Positions 15,055 to 29,239 of a DNA stretch of 64,000 bases are shown piece after piece. The notes under the pieces are model-generated. The model saw only the letters and a program-made list of their open reading frames with translations. It was not told the origin of the DNA and did not search any database. The stretch is from the human T2T-CHM13v2.0 reference genome, Homo sapiens. A program made the translations under genes and the position numbers. Positions within the stretch are counted from its first letter, which is position 1, and each line of letters begins with the position of its first letter. Location: the NCBI RefSeq assembly GCF_009914755.1, contig NC_060947.1, one strand, 5' to 3'.

Positions 15055-18006
15055 TTTTTAAAATTTATTTTTATTGTATACATTTAAGGTGTACAACATG
15101 ATGTTTTGATATATACATACACGTAATGAAATGATTACTACAAGTAATTGAGTTAACATATCCATCACCTTCCTTAGTTACCTCTTTTTTTGTGTTTGTG
15201 GTAAGAGCACCTAAAATCTACTCTCTTAGCAAATTTTTAATAAATAATACAATATTATTAACTATAGTCCTCCGGCTGTACATTAGATCTCTAGATTTAT
15301 ATATCCTACATAACTTCAAGTTTGTACCCTTTGAACTACATCTTCCCATTTCCTCACCCTTCCAGCCCCTGGTAACCACAGTCCTAGTCTCTGTTTCAAT
15401 GTATTTGACTTTTTAAAAATATTTTACATACAAGTGAGATCATGTAGTATTTTTATTTGTGTGTCTGGCTTATTTTACTTAGTTTAATGTCTTTCAGTTT
15501 CATCCATATTGTTGCAAATGATAGCCTCTCCTTCCTTTTGTTTTTTTTTTTTAATTTCAGCTTTTATTTTAGATACAAGTGCGTACATGTGTAGGATTGT
15601 TACATGGGTATATCAGACCCAGGTAGTGAGCGTAGTACCCAATAGCTAATTTTTCAACCCATTCTCCCTTCCCTCCCTGCCCCCTGTAGTAGTCTGAAGT
15701 GTCTGTTGTTCCCATGTTTATGTCCATGTGAGCTCAATGTTTAGCTCCCACTTACAGGTAAGAACATGTGGTATTTGGTTTTCTGTTCCTGCCTTAATTC
15801 ACTTAGGATTATGGCCTCCAGCTCCACCTATGTTGCTACAAAGAACATGATTTCATTCTTTTTATGGCTGCATATTATTCCATAGTGAATATGTACCACA
15901 TTCTCTTTATCCAGTCCACCATTGATAAGCATCTAGGCTGATTCCATGTCTTTGTTATTTTGAATAGTGCAGCAACTAACATATAAGTGCATGTGTCTTT
16001 TTGCTAGAACAGTGTACTTTCCTTTGGGTATATACCTAGAAATGGGATTGCCGCATCAAATGATAGTTCTGTTTTCAATCCTTTAAGAAATCTCTAAACT
16101 GATTACCTCAGTGGCTGAACTAATTTACATTCCCTCCAACAGTGTATAAGCATTCCCTTTTCTCCACTGTCTTGCCAGCATCTGTTGTTTTTGACGTTTT
16201 AGTAATAGCCATTCTGACTGGTGTAATATGGTATCTCATTGTAGTTTTGATTTGCATTTCTCTGATGATTAATGATCATAAAAATGTTCTCACATTTCTT
16301 GGCCACTTGTATGTCTTCTTTTGAAAAATGTCTCTTCATATCCTTTGTCCATTTTTAATGGGGTTGTTTGTTTTTTGCTTGTTGATTTATTTAAGTCCTT
16401 ATAGATTCTGTATATCAGACCTTTGTCAGATGCATAGTTTGTGAATATCTTCTCCCATTCTGTAAGTCGTCTATTTACTCTGTTGATGGTTTCTTTTGCC
16501 GCACAGAAGCTCTTTAGTTTAATTAGATCCCACTTGTTAACTTATGTTTCTGTTACAATTGCTTTTGGGGACCTAGCCAAAAATTCTTCGCCAAAACTGA
16601 TATTAAGATGGGTATTTTCTAGGTTTTCTTTTAGGATTTCTATAGTTTGAGGTCTCATATTTAAATATTTAATTCATCTTGAGTCACTTTTTGTATAAGG
16701 TGAAAGTTAAGGGTCCAGTTTCATTCTTCCGCATGAATGAATGGGTAGCCAGTTATCTCGACACCATTTATTGAATAGGGAGTCCATCCTCTATCGCTTG
16801 TTTTGTTGGCCTTATCAAAGATCCAATGATTGCAGGTGTGCGGCTTTATTTCTGAGTTTTCTATTCTGTTCCATTGGTCTATGTGTCTGTTTTTATACCA
16901 GTACCATGCTATTTTGGTTACTGTGGCCTTACTATAGTTTGAAGTCATGTAGGGTGACAGTATCTCCTTCCTTTTCCATTCATCCACTGATGGAAACTTA
17001 GGTTGTTTCCGTATCTTAGTTATTGTGAATAATGCTACAATAGGCATGAGAGTGCAGATATCTCTACAAGGTGCTGATTTCATTTTCTTTAGTATATACC
17101 TAGCAAAGGAATTGCTGGGTCACATAATAGTTCCATTTTTAATCTTTTTGAGAACTTCCATACTGTTTTTTATAATGGCTGTACCAATTTACCCTCCTAC
17201 CAACAGTGTGCGAGGGTTCCCTTTTTCCACACCCTTGCCAACACTCATTATGTCTTGTCTTTTGGATAACAGTCAACCTAAACAAGACAGTATGGTACTG
17301 GCATAAAGACAGACATGTAGACCGACATAATAGAAAAGAAAGCCCAGAAATCAATCCACACACATATATAGTCAAGGGATCTTCCACAAGGGTACCAAGA
17401 CTACACAATGGGGAAAGGACAGTCTCTTCAATAAAGGTGTTAAGAAAACTGGGTATCCACATAAAAGAATGAAACTGGACCCTATCTTATGTCATACACA
17501 AAAATCAATGCAAAATGGAATCAATTCAAAAAAGCACATGTACTCACATGTTCATCGCTGCACTATCCACCACAGCAAACCACACTAAAGACCTAAGCGT
17601 AAGACTTGAAACCATAAAACTTATAAAATAAAACATAAGAACAAGCTCTTTGACATTGGCCTTAGCAAAGTTTTTTTTTTATGACACCAAAAGCTCAACA
17701 ACTAAAGCAAAAACAAACAAATGGGACTACATCAAACTAAAAAGCTTCTGCAAAGGAAGCAAGCAATAAAAAGCCTATGGATTGGGAGAAAATACTTGCA
17801 AATCATATATCTGATAGGGAGTTAATTTCCAAAATTAACCAAGAAACTCACATAATAGGAAAAAATCATAACTTATTAAAAGATGGGCAAAGGACCAGAA
17901 TAGACATTTCTCCAAAAAAGACAATAGGTATTTTTGAAAAATGTTCAACATCACTAATCATCAGGGAAATGTAAATCAAAACCACAATGGGATATCTTCT
18001 CACACA
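15055..18006 (-). mobile_element. L1MA-type element with 5' inversion (17281-18006 on + strand)
   Basis: Strand switch near 17282; the two segments are contiguous in L1 coordinates. Confidence 0.75.
15540..16958 (-). mobile_element. L1PA15/16-like 3' fragment inserted in the L1MA
   Basis: Poly-T and L1PA 3' UTR; TSD tctccttcctttt at about 15527-15539 and 16963-16975. Confidence 0.8.
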
Positions 18007-18026
18007 GTATCATCTCTTTACGCTTC

Positions 18027-18441
18027 TAATATACTTTGGATATTTGTCTCTGCCCAAATCTCATGTTGAAATGTAATCCCCAATGTTGGAGGTGGGGTCT
18101 GGTAGGAGGTATTTGGGTCATGGAGGCTGATCCCTTCCTCATGGTCTGCCGTTGTTCTCACAATAGTCAGTGAATTCTTACAAGATCTGGTTGTCGTAAA
18201 ATGTGACACCACCCCCAACCCTCTCTCTCTCTTACTCCTGCTTTCACCAAGTGACCTTATTTTTCCCCCTTCGGATTCTGCCATGAGTAAAAGCTCCCTC
18301 AGGCATCCCCAGAAGCTGAGCAGATGCCTCACCGTGCTTCCTGTACAGTCTGCAGAACCATGAGCCAATAAAGTGTCTTTTCTTTATGCATTACCCAGTC
18401 TCCAGTATTTCTTTCTAGCAATGCAAGAACAGCCTCATACA
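18027..18441 (+). mobile_element. MSTA-like MaLR solo LTR
   Basis: cccaaatctcatgttgaaatgtaatcccc...gcctcataca; 5-bp TSD gcttc. Confidence 0.85.
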
Positions 18442-18684
18442 GCTTCCTAAAATGAGATAATTTAAGACATAATTATACCTTAAGCATGATTACCACAGGT
18501 TAAAACGTGGAAGAGAGGTCAGATTTTTGTTTTGGAATGCAATCAGAAATATTTATTTTAGAAAATAGTTTTAGCAGTTATACAACATTATGATTTTATT
18601 TATCCAAGATGCATTAAAATAATCTTTTTCTTAGTCCTCCTTCCCCATTTTGATTCTAAATCAGACTTACTTATCATGATGACA

Positions 18685-18925
18685 ACTAATATTTATTAAA
18701 TGTGTATATGTACCAGGCACTAGTCTAAGTAATCTCCATGCAATATTTTTTTGCTTTTATATCAACCCTACAAAGCACAAAATTTTTCTTTAATCTCTAT
18801 TTCACAGAAACGATAGCAGAGATTTAGAAAGCTAAAGTGATTTGCTCAAAGTCATACAGCTAGTAAAATATAGGCATATAAACTTGTCAGTCTGTCTCTA
18901 AAGCCCATGCTCTGAACCACTACGT
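18685..18925 (-). mobile_element. MIR
   Basis: ctctatttcacaga...aagtgatttgctcaaagtcatacagctagta. Confidence 0.7.
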
Positions 18926-20199
18926 TTAATTTCCTTTAAAAGAAAAAAGGAAATGAAAAAAAATGTACCTTAAGCGGTACAGCCTGATGAATCAGACTTC
19001 CTCAACTTTTAAGTCATTTCATAATGTCCAGATTCACAATCATGACCCGTTACAGACAATAAAAAGTGTGATGTTGGGAACAAAAAGGTAATGGGATATT
19101 TTTCTTAACATAAGGCATGAAACTTGAACTACAATAATGTTATCCAGAATTGAGTGAAATTCTTGTGGCAAATGGGTTAGAATTTGGATTCGTTTTAATT
19201 TCAGAAACATAATAAAGTATGCATAATATTTACTATATAGCACCATAATGTTTCATCAGCATAAATTGTGAATATTCACATTAAGTGGCATAAACAAAGA
19301 CTCTAAATAGCATTGTGTTGGTTCAGGTCAGGATTTACAATAAAATTAGTTATAAAGGAGTTTTCCTTTATAGAGCTCTATATATTTTGGAATTGTGGAT
19401 AAGAACTCATGGACCTACACTTCTCTAATTTTTTTTCTTTTTTAAAAATTTTAATGTATTGTGGTAAGAGTACTTGCCAAGAGATCTACCCTCTTAACAA
19501 GTTTTAGTTGTACAATACAGTTTGTTAACTATGGGGACAATGTTGTACAGATCTCTAGAACTTACTCATCTTGCATAATTGAAACTTTATGTCCATTTGA
19601 CTATTTTTGATACATCATATAAGTGGAATTATGCAGTTTTTTCCTCCTGTAACTGGCTTATTTCACTTGGCATGTTTTCAAAGCTTTCTCCATTTTGTCA
19701 CATAAGGCAGAATTTTCTTCTTTTTATAAGGCTGAATAATATTCTATTGTATGTATATAGCACATTTTCTTTATCCATTCATGTCAATGGACATAAGATT
19801 GTTTCCACATCTTGGACATTGTGAGTAATGCTGCAGTAAACATTGAAGTGCTAATATCTCTTCAAGATCCTAATTTCAATTCTTCTGGAAAAATACCCAG
19901 AGGTAGGATTGCTAGATTATACAGTACAATTTTTTTTAGGCACCTCCATACTGCACAAAGCTTCCAATTTCTCGATCTTTGCCAACACTTTTCTTTTTGT
20001 TTTTTTTGTTTGTTTGTTTGTTTCAGTTTTTCTGTTTTTATAATAGCCATCCTAACAGATGTGAGGTGATAGTTCATTGTGATTTTTAGTTGCATTTCCC
20101 TGATGATTAGTGGCATTGAGCACATTTTCATATACCTGTTGACCATTTGTTTGTCTTCTTTGGGGAAATTTATATTCAAGTATTTAGCCCATTAAAAGC

Positions 20200-20785
20200 T
20201 TTTTAAATTATTATGGATACATAATACTTGTACATATTTAGGGTTCATGTGTTATTTTGATACAAGCATATAATGTGTGATGATCAAACCAGGGTAACTG
20301 GGATATCCATCACACCCCAAGCATTTATCATTTATTTGTGTTAGGAACCTGCCAATTCCACTCCTTTGATTATTTTGAAATCTACAATAAATTATTTTTA
20401 ACCTTGTCACCCTATTGTGCTACCAAACACTAGGTCTTATTCCTTCTAACTGTATTTTTGTACCCATCCACCATCTCCTCTTTCCCCCATACCCCTACGC
20501 CACCCCCACTATTCTTTTCAGCCTCTGATAACCATCAATATATTCTCTATCTCCATGAGTTCATTTTTTTATCTCCCACATATGAATGAGAACATATAAT
20601 AATTATCTTTCTGTGCCTGGTTTATTTCACGTAACATAAGGTCCTCCAGTTCCAACCATGCTGTTGCAAATGACAAGATTTCATTCTTTTTTGCTTAATA
20701 ATATTCCATTGTGCATATGTACCACATTTTCTTTATCCATAAATTCATCGATAGTCACTTAGGTAGATTCTACATCTTGGCTTAT
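20200..20785 (-). mobile_element. L1MA3/4-like 3' fragment (insertion)
   Basis: A second L1 3' UTR interrupting the host L1. Confidence 0.65.
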
Positions 20786-21609
20786 TAGTTTTGGGGTGTG
20801 TTTTTTGTTATTGCGTTATAGAAGTTCCTTATATATTTTGGAAATTAATCCCTTATCAAATATGTGGTTTGCAAATTATTTCTCCCATTTCTAGTTTTCC
20901 TTTTTCACTCTATCAAGTTTTTTTCCTCTGCCGTGCAGAAGCTTTTTACTTTGACCTGGGCTCACTTGTCTATTTTTGCTTTTGTTGCATATGTTTTTGG
21001 TGTAGTACCCATGAAATCATTGCCAAGACCAGTATCAAGAAGTCTTTTCCCTATGTTTTCTTCTAGGAGTTTTACAGTTTCTGGTATTATGTTTAAGTCT
21101 TCAATCCATTTTGAGTTGATTTTTGTGTATGGTGTAAAACAAGGGTCCAATTTCATTCTTTTTTATGTGCATATCCACTCTTCCCAGCACCATTTGTTGA
21201 ATCTTTTTCCCATTGTGCATTCCTGGAATGCTTGTTGAAGATCTGTTGACTTTATACAGGTAGATTTATTTCTTGGCTCTCTTTCCTGTCCCGTTAATCT
21301 GTATGTCTGTCTTTATGCCAGTATCAAATTATTTCATTTACTGAAGCTTTGTAACATATTTTGAAATCAGAAAATGTGATGGCTGCAACTTTGTTCTCCT
21401 TTTTGAAGATTATTTTGGTTATTTGGATCTTTTATGGCTCCATATGAATTTTAATATTATTTTTTCTGTTTCTATAAAAAGACTGCCATGAGAATTCTGA
21501 TAGGAATTATATTGAATCTGTGGATCAGCTTGGGTAGTATGACATTTTAACAGTATTAAATTTTAATAAGATTGTTTTCCTAACTTCCTTTTTAGATAGT
21601 TCCTTGTGT

Positions 21610-21985
21610 GTTTTTTTCTTCAACTTTTATTTTAAGTTCCAGGGTACATGTGCAGGATGTGCAGGTTTGTTACATAAGTAAAGGTGTGCCATGGTGGATT
21701 GCTTCACAGATCAACTTATCACCTAGGTATTAAGCCCAGTATCCATTAGCTATTCTTGATGCTCTCCCTCCCGCTACCCCTCCAACAGGCCCCAGTGTAT
21801 TTTGTTCCCCTCCATCTGTCCAAGTGTTCTTACTGTTCAGCTCCCACTTATAAGTGAGAACACGCAGTATTTGGTTTTCTGTTCCTGTGTAGTTTGCTGA
21901 GGATAATGGCTTCCAGCTCCATCCATGTCCCTGCAAAGGACCTAATCTTGTTCCTTTTTATGGGTGCATAGTATTCCATGGTGTA
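21610..21985 (-). mobile_element. L1PA 3' fragment
   Basis: L1PA 3' UTR; TSD ctttttagatagttc. Confidence 0.85.
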
Positions 21986-23461
21986 TCTTTTTAGATAGTT
22001 CATTGTTAGTGCATGCAAATTCAACTGTGTTTTTTATGTTAATTTTGTAACCTGTAACTTTGCTGAATTAGTTTATTAGTTATAACAGTATTCTGGAGTG
22101 TGGAATGTGTAGGGTTTTCTACATGTAATAACCTGTAATCTGCAAACAGGGACAGTTTTACTTCTTACTTTCTGATTTAGATGTATTTTATTTCTTTTTC
22201 TTGCCCAATTGCACTGGCTACGACTTCCAGTACTATGTTAAATAAAACTGGCAAGAGTATTCATCCACTTGACATGTTCCTGATCTTAGAAGAAAAGCTT
22301 TCAGTTTTTCACTGTTGAATTTGTTATTAGTTGTAGATTTTCGTATATGGCCTCTATTATGTTCAGGTAACTTCTTTCTATTCATAGTTTGTTAAGAGTT
22401 TTTATCATAAAAAGGTGTTAAATTTTGTCAAATACTTTTTCTGCATCTATTGAGATAACCATGTGATTATATTCATTATGTTAATGTAGTGTATTACAGT
22501 CATTGGTTTGTGTATGTTGAACCATCCCTGCATCCCAGTGATAAATCCCATTAGGTAATGGTGTATGATTCTTTTAATATGCTGTTGAATTCAGCTTGCT
22601 AGTATGTTGTCAACGATTTTTGGGTCTACACTCTTCAGTAATATTTGCTAGTAGTTTTCTTTTCTTATGGTGTCTTTGTCTGACTTTGGTATTAGGGTAA
22701 TGTTGGCCTCATAAAATGAGTTTGGAAGTGTTCTCTCTTTAATTTTTTGAAGAGTTTGAGAAGAATTGGCATTAATTCTTCCTTAAATGTTTGGCAGAAT
22801 TTATCAGTGAAGCCACCTGGTTCTGGGCTTTTCTTTGTTGAGAGGTTTTTTATTACTGATTCAATCTCCTTACTAGTTATAGGTCTGTTCAGACGTTCTA
22901 TTTCTTCAGGATTCAATCTTGATAAATTGTATGTTTTTAGGAAATTATCCATTTCTTCTAGGTTATCCATTTCCCCTAGTTTGTTGACATATAATTGTCC
23001 ATAGTAGCATCCCATGATCCTTTTTATTTCTGTAGCATTAGTTACAATATCTCCTCTTTCATTTATGAATCTATTGGTTTGAGTATTTTCTCTTTTTTCC
23101 TTACCTCCATACCAAAAAAAATTTGGTATAATTTCAATCTTAAGTTTATTAAGTCGTGTTTAGTGACCTATCATGTGATCCATCCTAGAGAATGTTCCAT
23201 GTGTGCTTGAGAACTTAGTGTGCTCCTTACTTAGTCTAGCTAAATGTTTATCAAATTTTATTGTTTCAAAAAACCAATTCTTAGTTTTATTTTTTTCTAG
23301 TTTTTATATGTTCTATTTTTTTCTTCTCAAATGATTATCATTTTCTTCATTTTCTTCTTTCTGCCAACTTTGGGCTTAGTTGTTCATCTTTTTCTATTTC
23401 TTAAGGTGTATAGTTCGATTATTCATTTGAGATCTTCCTTGTTTTTAAAAATGAGTGTTAA

Positions 23462-23600
23462 GCACCTGTAGTTCCAGCTACTTGGAAGGCTGAGGCAGGA
23501 GGATTGCTTGAACACAGTAGTTAAAGGCTGCAGTGAGCTACAATCACACCACTCCATTCCAACATGCAGAGTGACAGAGTGAGACCCTGTTTAAAAAAAT
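23462..23600 (+). mobile_element. FRAM / AluJ right arm
   Basis: gaggcaggaggattgcttga...gctgcagtgagcta...gagaccctgt. Confidence 0.75.
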
Positions 23601-24397
23601 GTTAAAAACAGGCATTTGTCACTACAAACTTCCCTCTTAGGACTGCTTTTCCTGCATCACATGGTTTTGGAATGTTGCATTTTCACATTTATTTGTCTTA
23701 CTCCCTAATTTCCTTATTGAATTCTTCCTTGACTCGTTGGTGTTCAAAGGTGTGTTGTTTAATTTCCACATACTTGTGAATTTTAGTTTTCCTTTTGTTA
23801 TTAATTTCTAGTTTCATTGTGTTTTGGTCAGAAAAAATATTTGGTATGGTTTCAATCTTAAGTTTATTGGGTCCTGTTTTGTGATCTATCATGTGATCCA
23901 TCCTAAAGAATGTTCCATGTGTGCTTGAGAAGAATGTATCTTCTCCTGATGTTGGGTGAAATGTTCTGCATATGTTTGTTAGGTTTGTTTCACCTACAGT
24001 GTTGTTCAAGTCTGCTGTTTCCTTATTGATTTTCTGTCTGAATGTTCTATCCATTATTGAAAGTGGGGTATTGAAGTCTCTTATTATTATTGTATTGCTG
24101 TCTATTTCTCCCTTCAGTTCTGCCAATGTTTGCCTTATATATTTAGGTGCTCTGATACTGGGTGCATATATATGTATAATTGTTATGTAATTTTCATAAC
24201 TTCCTGGAGAATTGACCCTTTTAACATTACGTAATGTCCTTCTTTGTTTCTTGTGACTGTTTTTGACTTTAACTCTATTTCGTCTCATGTAAATATAGCA
24301 AACCTCTGCTTTCTTTCGGTTGTCATTGACATAGATTATCTTTTTTTTAATTCCTTCACTCTCAGCTTATGTGTATCCTTAAATTAAAAGTGAGTTT

Positions 24398-25111
24398 CCA
24401 ATAAGATACCATCTCATGCCAGTTGGAATGGCGATCACTAAAAAGTCAGGAAACAGATGCTGGAGAGGATGTGGAGAAATAGGAATGCTTTTACACTGTT
24501 AATGGGAGTGTAAATTAGTTCAACCATTGTGGAAGACAGTCTGGTGATTCCTCAAGGATCTGGAACTAGAAATACCATTTGACCCAGCAATCCCATTACT
24601 GGGTATATACCCAAAGGATTATAAATCATGCTACTATAAAGACACATGCACACGTATGTTTATTGCGGCACTATTCACAATAGCAAAGACTTGGAACCAA
24701 CCCAACTGCCCATCAATGATAGACTGCATAAAGAAAATGTGGCACATATACACCATGGAATACTATGCAGTCATAAAAAAGGATGAGTGCATGTCCTTTG
24801 CAGGGACATGGATGAAGCTGGAAACCATCATTCTCAGCAAACTATCACAAGGGCAGAAAACCAAACACCACATATTCTTACTCATAGGTGGGAATTGAAC
24901 AATGAGAACACTTGGACAAAGGGCAGGGAACATCACACACTGGGGCCTGTTGGGGGGTGGGGGGCTGGGGGAGGGATAGCATTAGGAGAAATACCTATTG
25001 TAAATGACAAGTTGATGGGTGCAGCAAACCAACATGGCACATGTATACCTATGTGAAAATCCTGCACATTGTGCACATGTACCCTAGAACTTAAAGTAGA
25101 ATAAATAAAAA
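24398..25111 (+). mobile_element. L1PA6-like 3' fragment (copy A)
   Basis: ORF2 C-terminus plus 3' UTR; TSD aaattaaaagtgagttt. Confidence 0.88.
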
Positions 25112-25507
25112 AAATTAAAAGTGAGTTTGTTGGAGACAGCATATGGTTGAATTTTTGATTTTTATCCATTTAGCCACTCTATATATTTTGATTGGGGGAT
25201 TTAATTCAGTTACATTTAAAGTAATAATTGATGGGAAAGGATTTACCATTGCCATTTTGTTAATTGTTACCTGTTTGGTAGCTCTTTTCTTCCCATTTTT
25301 GCCTCTTGCTGTCTTCTTTTATGTTTCATTGACTTGCATTGTTGTTACTGATATGCTTAGATTCCCTTCTCTTCTTTGTATAATTCCCATAGATATTTTT
25401 TGTGTGGTTACCATGGGACTTACATAAAGTATTTCATAACAGTCTATTTTAAGCTGATAACAACTTAATTTCAATCACATACCAAAACTCTGCATTTTTA
25501 CTCTTTC

Positions 25508-25548
25508 TACACACACACACACACACACACACACAGAGACACACACAC
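25508..25548. repeat. (CA)n microsatellite
   Basis: Visible directly. Confidence 0.9.
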
Positions 25549-27569
25549 TTTGTTATTACTGTCACAATGTACATTCATTTATATTTTGTATCCTAACATA
25601 TGTTTAGTTATAGTTACTTTTAATACTTTTATATTTTTGTACTACCATTAAAAGTAACTTTGCCCATCACCATTAAAACAGTAAGTTGTTCTATAGCTGT
25701 CTATATATTTACCTATACTAATGAGTTTTATACTTTCTTAAGTTGTCGTGTTACTTTTTAGTGTCCTTTCATTTCAACTGAAAGAACTCCCTTTCTCATT
25801 TCTTGTAAGGCAAGACTACTATTGAACTCCTTCAGCTTTTTTTTCTCAGGGAAATTCTTTACCTCCCCTTCATTTTTGAAGAATATTTTGCCAGGTATAG
25901 TATTCTCGGTTGACAGTTATTTCTTTTGGCATTTTGAATATGTAATTTCGTCCCCTTCTGGCCAGAAAGGTTTCTGTTGAAAAATCCACTGATATGGGGA
26001 AATCCGTTATATAAGACAAGTGGCTTTTCTCTTGTTGCTTCCAATATTCTCGTTGTCTTTTACTTTGATGATTATAATGTATTTTAGTGTGGGCATCTTT
26101 GAGTTTATTTTACCTGAAATCTTTTGGGCTTTCTGCATCCGGATGTCTATTTCCTTCCCCAGATTTGGGAAGTGTTCGTCCACTATTTCCTTGAGTGTGC
26201 TTTTTCATGATTGTTTGGGGGTTTTGCTCTCTCTTCTCCTTCCAAGACTCCTATTTTGGTTGGCTTAATGGTGTCCCACAAGTCCATTAAGCTTTCTTCA
26301 TTCTTTTTCATTCTTTTTTCTTTTTGCTCCTCTGACTCAGTAGTTTCCAGTGAGCTGTCCCTGAGTTCACTAATCCTTTCTTCTATTTGATCTAGTCTGT
26401 TGTTGAACCCTCTAGTAAGTTCTTCAGTTCGGATATTGCATTGTTCAATTCCATGGTTTTTGTTTGGTACTTTTTAAATATACATTTTCTATTTCATGGT
26501 TGAATATGTTGAGAATATTTTTGAAATTCTCACTTTGTTCATGCATTTTTTCTCCTGATCTTGGTGAGCATCTTTATCATGTTATCCATGAAGAATAAAG
26601 AATTTTCCATGAGGTAAATTCTATAACTCAAATTTATTAGAGTTATTTTCTGAATATTTACCTGTTCCTTTGTTTAAAACATATTTCTCTGTTTCTTCAT
26701 TTTCCTTGAATCTATGCCTTGGTGTCTATGCATTATACAAAATATCCACCTCTTTCAGTCTTCACAGATTGGCCTTATGCAGGAGAAGAACCTCAATGAT
26801 AAGCCCAGTCAGAGATTTGAGGGCCCTTTTCAACCTTCATACTATCCAATCTATGTTCTTTGTTCTTAACAGCCACCAGGCATCTAGCTAGAGTATGCTA
26901 ATTCTCATTAGCATGTCAAGACAAATTGGTCAAAAGGCAGTTTCTCAGGCAGCCTCCCCAAAACTTGGATCACCAAATGTTCTCTTCAACTTTTTTCCTC
27001 CTCAGAGAGAAGATGGGATCTGGGGGTTTTCACCTATTTTTTCTGTACTGAGTCAGGGGTGTGGGGGTGGATGTGGCAACTAGTAGTGTGCTAGATCAAA
27101 TCACCATCCTTGTTTTCACCAGCCCCCAGGCATCTAGATTATGCCAGGTCCCATCAGAGCTCTGAGATATGCTAGACAGAAGGCAGTCCTCTGGGTAGCC
27201 TCCAGAAAAGTTTAGGCATGTGACATGTGGCCCACCTCTTTCCCTCACCAGGGAGAAGCTGAAAGCTGGGGGTTTTGATCGTCTGCTTGCTCTGTGCTGA
27301 GCTGGGGGGAAGGACTGTGGGTCGATGGTGACTACCATCCCAAACTGCCATCTCTGTTCTCATTAGCCCCAGATAGCTAGGTCATGCCAGGTCCTGTCAG
27401 TGCTCCAAGATGAGAAAAACAGAAGCCAGTCCTCTGAGTAGGACATGGAGAATTTGGGGTATTAGATGTGTAGTGCATCTCTTTCCCTTCCCATAGAGAA
27501 GCTGAGCGCTGGAGGTTTTTTCTTAATCATATAGCACTATGACAGAGGTAGGTATTATGGAAACAGGGT

Positions 27570-28189
27570 TTTATTATTATTATTATTATACTGTAAGTTC
27601 TAGGGTACGTGTGCACAACGTGCAGGTTTGATACATAGGTATAATGTGCCATGTTGGTTTGCTGCACCCATCAACTCATGATTTACAATAGGTATTTCTC
27701 CTAATGCCCAGCCCCCCACCCCCCAACAGGCCCCAGTGTGTGATGTTCCCCACCCTGTGTCCAGGTGATCTCATTGTTCAATTCCCACCTAAGAGTGAGA
27801 ACATGCGGTGTTTGGTTTTCTGTTCCTGTGTTAGTTTGCTGAGAATGATGGTTTCCAGCTTCATCCATGTCCCTGCAAAGGACATGCACTCATCCTTTTT
27901 TATGGCTGCATAGTATTCCATGGTGTATATGTGCCACATTTTCTTTATCCAGTCTATCATTGATGGGCATTTGGGTTGGAACCAAGTCTTTGCTATTGTG
28001 AATAGTGCCACAATAAACATACATGTGCATGTGACTTTATAGTAGCAAGATTTATAATCCTTTGGGTATATACCCAGTAAGGGGATTGCTGGGTCAAATG
28101 GCAATTCTGGTTCTAGATCCTTGAGGAATCACCAGACTGTCTTCCACAAAGGTTGAACTAATTTACACTTCCACCAACAGTGTAAAAGT
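27570..28189 (-). mobile_element. L1PA6-like 3' fragment (copy B)
   Basis: Reverse L1PA 3' end; degenerate TSD ggaaacagggt / ggaaagagcgt. Confidence 0.88.
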
Positions 28190-28431
28190 GGGAAAGAGCG
28201 TGTTTTAAATCTTCTTACTGGCTTTGATATAGGTAGTTTTGTGCTCACCTGGGGTCCAGGAGCTTCTCAACTGTTTCTGCATTTCTCACAAAGGTAAGTT
28301 TCCCATGAACTACAGTGTATGTGAAGAGAAGAAAGGTCCAAGGCTTCCTATTATGCCATCTTGCTGATGTCACTAAAGAGTACACTTTTGAAAATTTTTT
28401 TAATAGTGATAAATAACATTCATTTTTAGTA

Positions 28432-29186
28432 TCTTTTTTTATACTTTAAGTTCTGGAATACCATGTGCAGAACGTGCAGCTTTGTTACATAGGTATACAT
28501 GTGTCATGGTGGTTTGCTGCACCTATCAACCTGTCATCTACATTAGGTATTTCTCCTAATGCTATCCCTCCCCTAGCGCCCCACCCCTCAACAGGCCCTG
28601 GTGTGTGATGGTCCCCCCACTCCGTGTCTATGTGTTCTCATTGTTCAACTCCCACTTATGAGTGAGAACATGCCGTGTTTGGTTTTCTGTTCCTGTGTTA
28701 GTTTGCTGAGAATGATGGTTTCCAGCTTCATCCATGTCCCTGCAAAGGACATGCACTCATCCTTTTTTATAGCTGCATAGTATTCCATGGTGTATATGTG
28801 CCACATTTTCTTTATGCAGTCTGTCATTGATGGGCATTTGGGTTGGTACCAAGTATTTGCTACTGTGTATAGTGCTGCAATAAACATACATGTTCATGAG
28901 TCTTTATAGTAGAATGATTCCTAATCCTTTGGGTATATACCCAATAATGAAATTGCTGGGTCAAATGGTATTTCTGTTTCTAGATCCTTGAGGAATCACC
29001 ACACTGTCTTCCACAATGGTTGAACTAATTTACACTCCCACCAACAGTGTAAAAGCGTTCCCATTTCTCTACATCCTCGCCAGCATCTGTTGTTTCCTGA
29101 CTTTTTAATGATCACCATTCTAACTGGAGTGAGATGGTATCTCTTTGTGGTTTTGATTTGCATTTCTCTAATGACCAGTAATGATA
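28432..29186 (-). mobile_element. L1PA7-like 3' fragment (copy C)
   Basis: Reverse L1PA 3' end with ORF2 C-terminus. Confidence 0.85.
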
Positions 29187-29239
29187 ACAGGTAACATGGC
29201 TGCCTGTGTAAAAAATTAAAAGAAGGGCAAAAAACCTCC

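Larger units (their letters stand above)
19430..28375 (-). mobile_element. Near-full-length old L1 (L1MA9-like), decayed, with several internal insertions
   Basis: 3' UTR at left; RT, Z and EN remnants (22692-23015, 23698-24288 with DFNTPLS); ORF1 remnant near 25860-26500; 5' end agtgacatcagcaagatggc on the - strand near 28370. Confidence 0.8.
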
